Below, in pieces: positions 50,604-62,356 of a stretch of 64,000 nucleotides of DNA (the stretch's first letter is position 1; each line of letters begins with the position of its first letter). The DNA comes from Lingula anatina (Eukaryota; Animalia; Brachiopoda). The stretch spans positions 7,688,001 to 7,752,000 of the forward strand of contig CM120649.1 in assembly GCA_051362555.1 (NCBI GenBank), written 5' to 3'. The position numbers and the translations under genes are program-made. The notes beneath the pieces were generated by a model, which saw only the letters and a list, made by a program, of their open reading frames with translations, was not told the DNA's origin and made no database searches.

Positions 50604-51408
50604 GGAGAACGGGCGAAAATCCATGCGCGCGCAGGATGTCATCCATAAAATTAAAAAAGTGTGGCCTTACCTGACATATCTACAGACCTAGAAGGATAAA
50701 GCCCCTTGAAAATATTATGCCCAGTCCCTCCCTACCTCCTCCTGCTGGGTATGATGCCCAGTCCCTCCCGACCTCCTCCTCCTGCTGGATATGATGTCCA
50801 GTCCCTCCCTACCTCCTCCTCCTGCTGGGTATGATGCCCAGTCCCTCCCTACCTTCTCCTGCTGGGTATGATGCCCAGTCCCTCCCGACCTCCTCCTCCT
50901 GCTGGATATGATGCCCAGTCCCTCCCCACCTCCTCCTGCTGGGTATGATGCCCAGTCCCTCCCTACCTCCTCCTGCTGGATATGATGTCCAGTCCCTCCC
51001 TACCTCCTCCTCCTGCTGGGTATGATGCCCAGTCCCTCCCTACCTCCTCCTGCTGGATATGATGCCCAGTCCCTCCCTACCTTCTCCTGCTGGGTATGAT
51101 GCCCAGTCCCGCCCTACCTCCTCCTGCTGGGTATGATGCCCAGTCCCTCCCTACCTCCTCCTCCTGCTGGGTATGATGCCCAGTCCCTCCCTACCTCCTC
51201 CTGCTGGGTATGATGCCCAGTCCCTTCCTACCTTCTCCTGCTGGGTATGATGCCCAGGCCCTCCTCCTTCCCGTCTGGCAGGATCCTCTTGGCCTGCCAC
51301 CACTCATCATCGCTGGCATTGGTGACGTGGAGAATGTCTCCATACCTGAACTCCAGACCCTCCCGCGGCAGACCACTGTCCTTAGAAGGGTCATAATCAA
51401 AGAGGGCC
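42864..51408 (-). CDS. dlg1: Discs large 1 (MAGUK), 3' exons encoding SH3-HOOK-GK
   Basis: GT-AG exons 51408-51232 ([24 protein letters not shown]), 49485-49419 (VERKERAK), 49068-48945 ([14 protein letters not shown]3-like), 47575-47549, 45315-45268 (VLTYEPV), 44850-44749 ([17 protein letters not shown]), 44252-44080 ([17 protein letters not shown]), 43768-43659 ([16 protein letters not shown]), 43420-43329, 42970-42864 (..IWVPSKEKL*). Confidence 0.95.
45075..45240. repeat. 29-bp minisatellite, about 6 units, in a dlg1 intron
   Basis: aatgtgttaggtgtgacagtgtctgtaag units. Confidence 0.85.
49677..50666. mobile_element. Non-autonomous PIF/Harbinger-like element in a dlg1 intron
   Basis: About 35-bp TIR GGCCACACTTTTTTA.TTTTATGGATGACATCCT and its reverse complement; TTA TSD at 49674-49676 and 50667-50669. 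Confidence 0.88.
50712..51231. repeat. 37/40-bp minisatellite derived from the dlg1 SH3 exon end and donor (about 13-14 units)
   Basis: Unit atgatgcccagtccctccctacctcctcctgctgggt matches the exon sequence encoding [10 protein letters not shown] plus GTAG. Confidence 0.9.
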
Positions 51409-51715
51409 CTAGATGAAAGAATTAAGATCAAATCATTAATACTGCATATTTCCAAAGCTGCATGTGTGAAAACAACCCTTTTCCAGCTATCAATCATAAA
51501 TGTGCTGCTCACAGTCGGACACAGTAAGGAAAAGGGTCCAAGGAGGAAGTTATCCAAAATAACTAGGATACCAATGACTGCTCTTATATTTAAGGTGGAA
51601 AATTTTATTTGCTGTAATGCTAAGCAGATCTCAGAAGTCTCCTTGAGTAAAGACATTGTACATGCAGTGAAGTGTGTGTGTGTGTGTGTGTGTGTGTTTG
51701 TGCACAAACTTGTAT

Positions 51716-51883
51716 CAGGGGCGGATTTAGGCCGTCTTCTGGGTCTTTCGGAAGACGGTCAGATTTTTAAGTTTACATTGACGGGTATCTAAGTTTTTCT
51801 GTCGGAAGACGGTCAAAAATGGAGGATGGATTAACAAAGATAATTTGGAAGACTGTCAGAAAATATCTCTGGATCCGCCCCTG
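51716..51883. mobile_element. MITE with CAGGGGCGGAT termini and 5-bp TSD
   Basis: tgtat|caggggcggatt ... gatccgcccctg|tgtat. Confidence 0.8.
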
Positions 51884-52223
51884 TGTATGCATAGGCATAT
51901 TTGCCTGTGTGTGTTGTTTTTACTGCTGAAAGTGTGTGTGGAGAGAGAAAGTACTTCTAAATGATTAAATTTTAATGTTCTTGGTATGATTTGAATGAAT
52001 TGTAATTAAAGGTATGTCTTCTTTGATTTATAAGCTCTTTAAGATTAGAAACATTTGTATTTAATAATTTGATAAATATAAAACTTTGTGTTTGAAAGCT
52101 TACTGCTGTGAATTAAAGCTAGAAGATAATACTTTATCATCCTTAACAGCTAAAGGCTTAGATTTGCTTGGTATAAATCTGAAAAGTTTATGAGCAGGGG
52201 GGAAACGTGTTGAACACGTCATT

Positions 52224-52380
52224 GTGTCTAGCCCCTCCCTCCAGCTGTCACTATTTGCCTAACCCCTCCTTCCAGCTATCACTCTGTGCCTAGCCCCTCC
52301 CTCCAGCTGTCACTATTGGCCTAGCCCCTCCCTACAGCTGTCACTATTTGCCTAGCCCCTTCCTCCAGCTTTCACTTTGT
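52224..52380. repeat. About 31-bp minisatellite upstream of the first visible VWA8 exon
   Basis: ctagcccctccctccagctgtcactatt units. Confidence 0.75.
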
Positions 52381-52388
52381 GATTTCAG

Positions 52389-55300
52389 AGGTTCAATATA
52401 CCGCTGCGCCAGAGTGATGTCAACCATGTCAGCAAGGTGACCCTCCATAACAACAACGCAGAGGCCCAGATCAGTGCAGGGGGTGTCAAATATAACGTAC
52501 AGGTAAGCAGGGGTTTCCAAAAATTTGGGGTACAGGGAGTCCAAATTACTGATCTGTAATTAGGTCGCCCATTTACAGGGAGCCCAACCAAGTCCCAACA
52601 GTAGACTGTGATTGGGAGTTGGGGGGGGGGGGGGGGGGGGGTAAGTTAATATGTCACCTAGGACAGACAGGTAAGCATATCACCTGTAATGTAATTCATT
52701 TATGTAGTTATAAGTTATAAGTTGTCATGTAAAATTTACATGGAAATGAGTGTGTCACATGGAAAATGAAAAATCCACAAATTGCAGAATGTGCAAAGTA
52801 TAATTTAGGTATTTGAGTATAACAGAAGCATTTTAAGGTATATTTACAGAAATACACTGTGACTTCTTGTTTTACTTCTCTTTTAGGTTCCCAAGGGTTA
52901 CAAGACAGAGCAGCATGTCAGTGATCACTTCATCCAGACCCCATACCATGACTCTCTGCTGGCAGACATGCTACAGTCTCACATGGTGAAGGACTTTTGT
53001 GTCATAGGACCTAAGGTGAGAAAGATGGAAACATCCCATTGTACCATGTAATATAAATCACCATGATAAGCTTAAGACAATTAAGGTGAGATCGTTTCTG
53101 AGAGCAGTTTGATGTCATGCCTGTAATCAGGCCCACCCAACTACCAGACTGGGCACATAAGGATCCTGATTTAACAGGTATATCAGACCACACTACCCAT
53201 TTTCAAGGTGTGTGTCAGATCGCATTTCGGAATATCAGTCAGAACACCGACAGGATGAGCCCGCGGTCATCCTTCAAAAATTGTTCTGGAGTCTGGTAGT
53301 TGGGTAGGCCTGGTAATACTACTACTGTGATGTCATCCCTGTAATACTACTACTACTATCTATTAATAACTGCTATATGTCAACATCTGCATCACATTAG
53401 ATGGGATGTCTATAAATCGTGAAGTTTTTCTCATATTTCAGGGGTGTGGAAAGAGTGCGCTGGTCAAGCAGTTTGGAGATCTCCTAGGTTACCATGTAGA
53501 ACCCATCATGTTATATCAGGTATTTTATCCGACAGATACTTAATGTTATTTTGTAAAATTTAGGATATTAGCTTTAGGCTGGATTATGATGATAACAGTG
53601 AAAATGAAAATAGTAATTATTATTGATAATGTAAGTGCTTTTATTTATTAATGTCATGATATAGTTATTTATTTCTTACAACTCAAAGCAGTTAGATATT
53701 ACAGTACAGTTTCTGTTAAAGACAACAATTGACACAATGAGAGATGTTTGTCAATTGTTCAGCTCTTCCAATTTCTGTTACTTTCACACAGGATATGACC
53801 TCACGTGACCTACTTCAGCAGAGGACCACATTGACCAATGGGGACACAGTATGGCGACCTTCACCTCTGGTGGAGGCGGCACTGGGTGGGCAGCTGGCGG
53901 TACTGGACGGGGTTCACAGAATTAATCCAGGGACGTTTGCTGTATTACATAGGTAAGTACAGGGTGGAATAATGTTGTGATTTTACGAGTTTCTCATTTT
54001 GCATCATGAGAGATACTTGAAAATTTCATCACTTAAAAATTATTTATTATGTGAAAATGCCTGAATCTGACATGGCCATATATTAGGTGAAGATCTTTTC
54101 AAAATTATCCAGAGGCCCATTTTCGAGTTTAACAAAATTTTCTAAGTGAAAAAAATTTTCTCAGCAGAGAATCGTTTTCTGAAAAAAATTTTTACTGATA
54201 TCAAAGGGCAGTATATAATGCCCATTTTAAAAATGCTGTTGGTGCTCACACTGTAATGTAATATAATAGGATGGATCTCTGCACTTGACCACTTGACCGG
54301 CTGATAGGTAAGGACTCAGTATATGGAAGTAGATATATCAGTGTGTCAGGTTTCTATAATGGTTACTACAAAATATACAACTACTGGTCAAATAGTGTTT
54401 ATAAAGCACATTAGTCAGTTATTACTTCCACAGTTTTTTTATTTTTTATTTATTTTTTTTTGAAGATTGGTCCATGACAGAGAGCTGAGCCTGTTCGATG
54501 GCACCAGACTCCTGCGTCAGGACAGGTATGACCAGGTCAAGAAGACCACGGGGATGACCGATGACCAGATGGCAGAGAAGTAAGTGGATATCAGATTAGG
54601 GATGATATTTTTACTGACTATTGGTAGATAAAATATCATTGGCACAGGTGGGCCCCAGGACCCCACATCATATTAAAAAAGGCAATCTCATCGCTGTCAG
54701 AGTAATAGTTATATATGTATGGTAATAAGAGACCATTATGCATATATTAAGATTCTGATTTTGTCATGTGTTTCTGTAATATTCATTTATTGGAGTTTAA
54801 CTGTGTGTAATATCTTACATTTATTCTTGTTGCCTGCTTTGTCCACAAGAATTATAATGTAATTATTGGTGAATAAATGAGGCTTTTCTACTCCTATTTT
54901 GACTGGTTAATAATTTGTTTGTCTTTTCTATTGCATTGTTTCTGTTGCATTTGTAACGTAATTGTCAAACAGTTAATGTCTCCTTTTGCCTTTTTCAAGG
55001 CCATCTTTCCCATCCACCCAGCCTTCAGGATAGCCGCCCTGGCTGAGCCTCCTCCAGTGGGCAGTTCAACTGGTCAGTGGCTGGGGTCCGAGTTACTGAC
55101 CATGTTCCTATACCACCACATGAGGGCGCTGACTGCTGCAGAGGAGACCCTGCTTATTAAGAAGATAGTAAGTCACAGTTTGTTTTCAGTGCTCTACTGT
55201 GACCTGTGATGTATATTTGGTAACATTTTGTGTATGTTTGTGTTTCTTCCTTTCATGCTGGCTGTTTAAGTCTTGTTGCAAAAAGAATTCAAACTTTTCT

Positions 55301-58300
55301 AGAGTGCTACTTAAAATTTGACTCCATTTAACATTTCAGACTTTTTATATGAATTTGCTTGAAGTTCAATATTGAGCAGGTTGCACAATATTGAGCAGGT
55401 TGCAGGTTGTAACTTGCAGGTTTTACAGGCTTAAAATAATCTTAAGGTCAAATGTAGTGAAATAATAAACTCATATTATAAATATTTTATTATGAAAAAA
55501 CATTAAAGGCATTTTTGAACAAGAACACTACCTTTATTTATCACAAGGAGTATCCTGTAGAGATACAGAGTGCCAAACATTTATTTACTTGGCCAAATTT
55601 TGATCCCAATTATCTTATTTCTATTTATAACAGAATTTTATTTTGTGTCCTGTTCACCTGTAGGTGCCCCATGCTCCAGATATGACACCTCTGCTCAACC
55701 AGGGTCGTAGCCTGAGCAAAATGCCAGGGGGGACAGTAAGCGGACACGAGGGGGTAAAGCCCCCGAGGGGGGAGGGTGTGGGAGGTCCCCCTCCCACGGT
55801 GTGGAAATTTTTTTAAAACTATATGTAGGCCCCTATAATACTGCATTCTGGTGCATTTTAACTGTTATTTATTGCTCAATTAGAAGTCAGAAATTGCGAT
55901 TATTTTTTTGCACCTCAAATCCCAGGGGGGGCAGCTGCCCCCCCTGCCCCCCCCGGAGGCTACGGCCCTGTCAACCTTACACACCACCTCAGGAGCAGCA
56001 CAGACGCCACAGTAAGTAACAGGAACATAGAGGGTGCTTGAAACCAAGAGATAATTTTTGTACTTCTGTTGCACGTATTTAAGATCTTTCACAAACTTAA
56101 TTGTCAGTAATGTTCCACAGCCTTTGCCAAGCTCAACTCATCAATATACCTGACTGTCAGACAAGATTGCCTGCAAGATTGAAATATTGAAATATTAAAT
56201 GAATCATTCAAGAGTTAACTTTTAAAAAATCTTTCTAATTTATGTGACATTTCCTCCTCAGATGCAGTCTCTGTCCTCCTCCCTGTCCACACGACAGTTG
56301 TTGAGGATAGCGCGGAGACAGGCACAGTTCCCCACTGGCTGTTTATATGATGCTGTACAGAAGGCCTGTCTAGCAAGGTCAGTGAATGCAAGATAGTTTG
56401 TAGACTCATACTCGTATTTTTAAATTTATTGCAATTTAATTTCCATACATTTATTAAATATCTGCAGTAACTGAAAGATGTACATAGTTTTTTTATGTCT
56501 TACTTAAAATCCTTCAAAAAAAATTATAGAAGTTGCCAGATTAAGTCACAATTTACAATTATGAAGTATTTGTCAGAAACTTCCAGAAGAGATCTCTTAA
56601 ATAATATCTTTTGCCACTCTGTTCTATATATGTGTTTAGTAGTCACTTGCGTTATTTATAACTAGGTTTCTTCCACGGCTGGCAAAGAACGCACTAGAGC
56701 AGGCTTTAGAGCAGTTTGGCATTGTTCCCATGGAAACCAGTCATAGCGTAGACAGCATTGAGAGGGCTGTCACATGTAAGTTGATGCTATCATGAATGTG
56801 TGACCATGAGTACCATCAACACAAGAATGCATGAAAACGTGTGCCTTTAGTTGAAAATACCTCACAGGATATAAATCTGTCACATTTCTGTACACCAAGC
56901 ACACACACACATTTAAATATCTACATACTTCACTTGCAGGTGAAATAAAGGAGGGAATGTTGAGGATAGGAGAGACGGAGGCAGAAGTGTTCAATCCAGA
57001 GAATAAGATGAAGGTGCCAGATGTGCTGTTCTATGAGAATGCTCAGGTAAAGGAAGCTTTGGCACACCTAACACATTCAGAACATTCTCAACCAACACAT
57101 TCAGAATATTCTCAGCTAACACATTCAGAAAAATTATCAACTAACACATTCAGAAAAATTCTCAGCTAACACAGTCAGCACATTTACTTTTGAATACTTT
57201 TGAAGTGTCAAAGGTTATGATTTTAGAACTTCCCTTTATAAATGCTTTTATGGCATTAAGGTTCTGATTTTATCTAAGGTGCCGTCAATACATGACAATT
57301 TTATGTCTGTCATGAAAACCATGTTATAAGACTATATGTTATCGGTAATATATGGTGATGTTGTGTCTGCAGCACCTGTCAATCATGGAAGCCATGTTAC
57401 AAGACTATCTATTAGGAGAGCACCTGTTGCTGGTGGGGAACCAAGGCGTGGGGAAGAATAAGATAGTGGACAGGTTCCTCCATCTTCTGAACAAACCCAG
57501 GGAATACCTCCAGTTACATAGGTATGGGTCAAACTGTAAAAATGATTGTTTGGCATCGAGTGAACTGTTTGGTGTATTTGCTTTGAACTTGGACCCAGCT
57601 AAAAAATACAGTTACTTAGGAAATGATGCCGCAGATTGCTTATTACTATAAGAAGTGATCAACAAATACTATCTAATTGTAAGAAATGATAATGAGTAAT
57701 GTGAGCATGTATCATATGGTTGAGTGTGGTCCAAAGTGAACTGTTTGTTGTATAAACATTTGGGAAGGTCTGATTACAGAACAAATGTAGTAGTGAATTG
57801 TTTCTAATTACTTTATTACTTTTCAAAATGATCAAAATGTCAAATATTCAAAAAGAAAAGTGAGACTTAAGAGCATGTAACATGATATATGAGTAAATAC
57901 AATATATACTAACTAAATCTTCGAAAATAAATGGTCACTGAATCATTTAAAATGGATAAAGAAATTCGACTGCTGAAAATGTTGGTCTCATTATGGCTGT
58001 ATTGTGTGTTGCCAGGGACACCACTGTCCAGACACTGACCCTCCAGCCCACGGTCCGAGATGGGGTCATCATCTACGAGGACTCTCCATTGGTCAGAGCA
58101 GCCAAACATGGTCACATTCTGGTGGTGGACGAGGCAGACAAGGCGCCCACACATGTGACCTGTATACTGAAGACACTGGTGGAGTCTGGGGAGATGCATC
58201 TTGCTGATGGGAGGAGAATTGTCAGCGGTAATTGGCTTACTTTTCCTAATATTTTATGCTTTTAATTGCTTCTTTATTCTTACTGTAGCAGTTAGCCATA

Positions 58301-61300
58301 AGAATCCCGCTCAATTCAACTATTGGGGACTGTTCAGAAGGAATTATGTTGACTTAGCTAAAGCACTAACTCCATGGGGACTCTTGCTGAATGCAATCAA
58401 ATGAACAACACACTTGGTGTTAAGTAGAATACAGAAAAGCTGGTGATTTCATATGTACATTGGAAACGAGGAGGCATGTTAGCCTGTTAATCTGATTGCA
58501 TTTAACGAGAGCGTCTGCAGAATTCATTTTCAACAGCCCCTGAGTCACATGCAATTATATGTGTGGTGTGTATATAATGTTAATATGTTATTGAATAGAC
58601 ACATTGTTCCTATTTTTATTTCATTTTATGGGTTGAAGTTTTCTCTATTATACAGCTGACTCAGGGCTCCCACCATCAGACAACTTGATAGTCATCCATC
58701 CAAACTTTAGGATGATGGTACTTGCCAATAGACCAGGCTTTCCTTTCCTGGGAAATGATTTCTTTGGTGCTATGGGTGAGTAGATGTGTATTTGGTGCTA
58801 TGTAGGAATAGCTGTTCGATTTTCGTTTATTTTAAGGTATCTGTCCTCTCATTTCTGTTACTTAAATATATCATCATCTTCTTCATCTTCAGGGCCAACA
58901 AGTTTTACTGTAAGACAAAGGCATCGGAATGCTTTTTCCAGTGTATTCCGTCTATGACTTCCAGTTTTTTTTTCTTTACTCGTCTAACTCATTCTTCCAC
59001 CTCTTACAAGGCTTTCTTTGTTTTCTGTGTTCCTATGCTTGGTGACCATTCTGTCAGGTCAATTGTCCATGTGTCACAAAGCATTTCTTAAAATGTTTGA
59101 TAACTATTTATTAGCGTACCAGCTGACATGCAGAAGGGCTAATGTAGGACATATGCTATTTCAGGTGATATATTCAGTTGCCATGGAGTCCACAATCCTG
59201 ACATGGAGTCGGAGATGTCCATGTTGCGTCAGTACGGGCCAGCGGTGCCTGACACCATTTTGAAGAAACTGGTCTTAGCGTTTGGTGAACTGCGAAGTCA
59301 GGCGGACCAGGGCCTAATAGCTTACCCATACTCTACTAGAGAAGTGGTGAACATTGTTAAACATCTACAGGTGAGACATAGCTTATCTTTACTCCACCAG
59401 ACAGGTGGTGACATCTACAGGTGAGACTTTGTCATACTTAGCTTACCTACCTTAACTCCACCAGACAGGTGGTGACATCTATTAGGTGAGACTTTTTCAG
59501 ACGTAGCTTACCTTAACTCTAACACAGAAGTGGTGACATCTGTAGATGAGACACAGAAAAAGTATTTATAATATAATTTACCCTGCATTGATATTATGTT
59601 TGATTTGTTTTATTCTGTTCTCTTTTAACAGAAAAAAATTAATTCTGTTGGAAAATAGGTTTTATAGATAAATTGTAAGAATATGGCATTCTTATCTAGT
59701 TAAATTTGCTAATATGACAACTTGAAGAAAAAGACAAAAAAACTTAATTTTACCTGTTTTCTGTATTTTGTCAGACCAAAGTGTGGCAAACTTTGGCAAA
59801 AATCAAAGATATAGAGTGCATTTGCCATTCTTTCTTCTTACTATGTAAAGAATACCAGTTCTTATATTGTGTTAAAGATGTGCACAGGAATTAATAATTG
59901 TAAAACATCATCTTCCAGAAATTCCCAGATGAGGGTGTAGCCAGCGTGGTGAGGAACGTGTTTGACTTTGACTCCTATAACCCGGAGATGAAGGAGACCA
60001 TTGTGGAGACGCTGCACAAACATGGCATCCCAGTGGGGGCGCGGCCGGGAAACGTCAACCTGGCCAAAGAGTAAGAACTCTATGAAATGTGCCACATTTT
60101 GACTGTTTGTTTAGGGTCCAAATGGCGGACAAGACAGTATCACTTCACCAGGGATGTAGATCTTTGATATGTAATGGAGGCCTCAGGGTCCTCAGGGTCT
60201 TGGCCAGCAGTTGCAAAAAAAGGGGACGGGGTCTTTTTCTGAAAAAGTGGACCTTTGATCAATCACATGAAACGTTTGTGTTACCTAGAACAAATTTTAC
60301 CCAGAACTTAATGCACAAAAAGGGCAGTTGTTTCCAACCTCTAACTGGCTACATGCCTGACCCGTGTGTCATCACACATCTTTATCTTTGGTGATTTGAC
60401 AGAAGTCATCTAGAAACAGAGATGATTGACTTTTGATACACAGACACTGTATTAACAAACCTGGGAAATTGAGGACCAACTTTGTCCAAGACCTCAATCT
60501 TCTATTGTAACTGTTCAAGTAAATACGGTAACCATAAATTCTGGATGAAAGACTCACACACAATACTACACACTATATGAGCTCTTATTTTAATGGAAAT
60601 GATAAGTTTTTATTAAGTAAAACTTATTAATTGACTATTATAAAACTAAAGCTTGTCTGGGTCCAGGAACTGTACATTGAAAATACATAAGTTGTTTTTA
60701 GCAAATGGACAGTAATACTTTTTTTATCAGAAAATGCTTTTTTAAGTCCATCAATTTTCCTGTTACACACAGTGAAATAAGTGAAATAGAGTAAGTAGTG
60801 CATGATATATAACTGAAGGTCTTCCTCTACAGTGTAACAAGGGTTAGAATAGTCAGCAGTAATATTTATAATGTGTGAATATTTTAAAATTAAAATGTCA
60901 AAGTACTGTGAGACTGTCTGTGTGAAACCAGTGTACTCTTGGTGCACGGATTTTGTATAGATGAATTATTTATTGATATCAATAAAGCCTTATCTCAAAG
61001 TAAAACAAGTGTTCTGTTTTTCTTATAGTTTCCCTCTGCCGCAGTTTGAGCTGGCGGCCAGCTGGAAGGTTGCATTCAAGGGGACCAGGAAGGGAAGTGG
61101 TCTGATTAGTTTACCCGTCAGTGCTAAACCTCTCTCTGTTAAGGTAAGATTACCCCCCCCTCCCCCCCCCCGAGCCTCCTTGTGGCTGGCTTTTTACATG
61201 TGAAGAAGAGATGTGCATTCAAGGTGTAAAAATCATAAGTAATGAAAATATATTTAGGCATTACTAAAATCTGAATCTATCCCATTTCCCATGGCACTCC

Positions 61301-61948
61301 AGTTTATATCCAGGCATTTGTCTTTTGAAGGCCTTTTTGGGAAATTAAATGGCATTAAGATAAATCCTCCATGAAGCAAACTTTTGTCCATTTTTGATAC
61401 TTTTCATTTCTTGGACATTGATTTGTTTTTTAATTCACATTACAATAGCCCATTGCATTTTGCAGACCAGTTTTGAAATTTTGGTCAAATTCATTTTTGT
61501 TTCTTACAACCATAAGCATGGACTTAAATTTTAAAGTTTTTGTTTTTGCTTGATATAAAGATAATATATAGACATTTTTTTTTTTATGACAGAATGATTA
61601 TCAGTCCGACAAGTAGTTGTCATGTATATCTTTGATATTTAAACAGTGCATGTATGATAATCTTCAAACAGTTTCTGTATTTTATTCTCTTGTAGAAGAA
61701 AATGTTATAGAATTTTTATTTCCTGTAAGTAAAAGACCAAATAAAGAATAAAAAACTACTTCTGGTCTTATAAACAGAAGTCAGATCAAAGTTGTTATCA
61801 CATTACAGGGTCCTGTAAGGTTCAACATACAGTCCCACCTCCTAGATAAAGTAGAGACTCGGTCCAGTCATTTCAGTGAGCAGTCGGTTTACTGGCAGCT
61901 ACCTCTACAGGACGCTAACATCGTGGCAGATGTTGCAGTTACAAAAGG
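52389..61948 (+). CDS. VWA8: von Willebrand factor A domain-containing protein 8 (AAA+ region), internal exons; 5' part absent, apparent lesions
   Basis: Exons 52389-52502, 52887-53015 (MLQSHMVKDFCVIGPK), 53442-53519 (GCGKS..EPIMLYQ), 53792-53952 (DMTSRDLLQQR), 54466-54579, about 54999-55167 (IHPAFRIAALAEPP), 55664-56011 (interrupted), 56262-56377 (SLSTRQLLRI), 56666-56775, 56940-57046, 57373-57521 (GNQGVGKNKIVDRFL), 58016-58227 (VDEADKAP), 58656-58775 (LANRPGFPFLGNDFF), 59165-59370 (YPYSTREVVNIVKHLQ), 59919-60070, 61029-61143, 61809-61948. Confidence 0.92.
55700..55970. mobile_element. 271-bp MITE inserted inside a VWA8 coding exon
   Basis: TIR CAGGGTCGTAGCC / GGCTACGGCCCTG; 5-bp TSD TCAAC at 55695-55699 and 55971-55975. 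Confidence 0.92.
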
Positions 61949-62303
61949 TAAAAATTAATTCAAGGTTGGCTGTTTATGTGTAATCCAACTACTATGTAAG
62001 TGACATCCTTCTGCCATCCTTTGTTCTTGTTTTTTTTTTCAGTGGGATAGTTTTCTAGTAGAAAGTCATGCTCTTGTGGTATCTGGAGTTTTTTGGTCAA
62101 ACTACCTATATTTTGTATTATTTTCTAATACCGGGCTAGACGGGCTGCAAACACATGCTTTTCATCTGATGTAAAGATATCTATATGTGTGCAGAGAACG
62201 TTCAAAACCTTTTTTTTGACACCATAGATGTGTCACTTTATTATTTTAAGATATTACATTTCAAGTTAAAACATGCAAAAACATCTAACGAAGATAATCA
62301 ATA

Positions 62304-62305
<2 letters not shown>

Positions 62306-62356
<51 letters not shown>

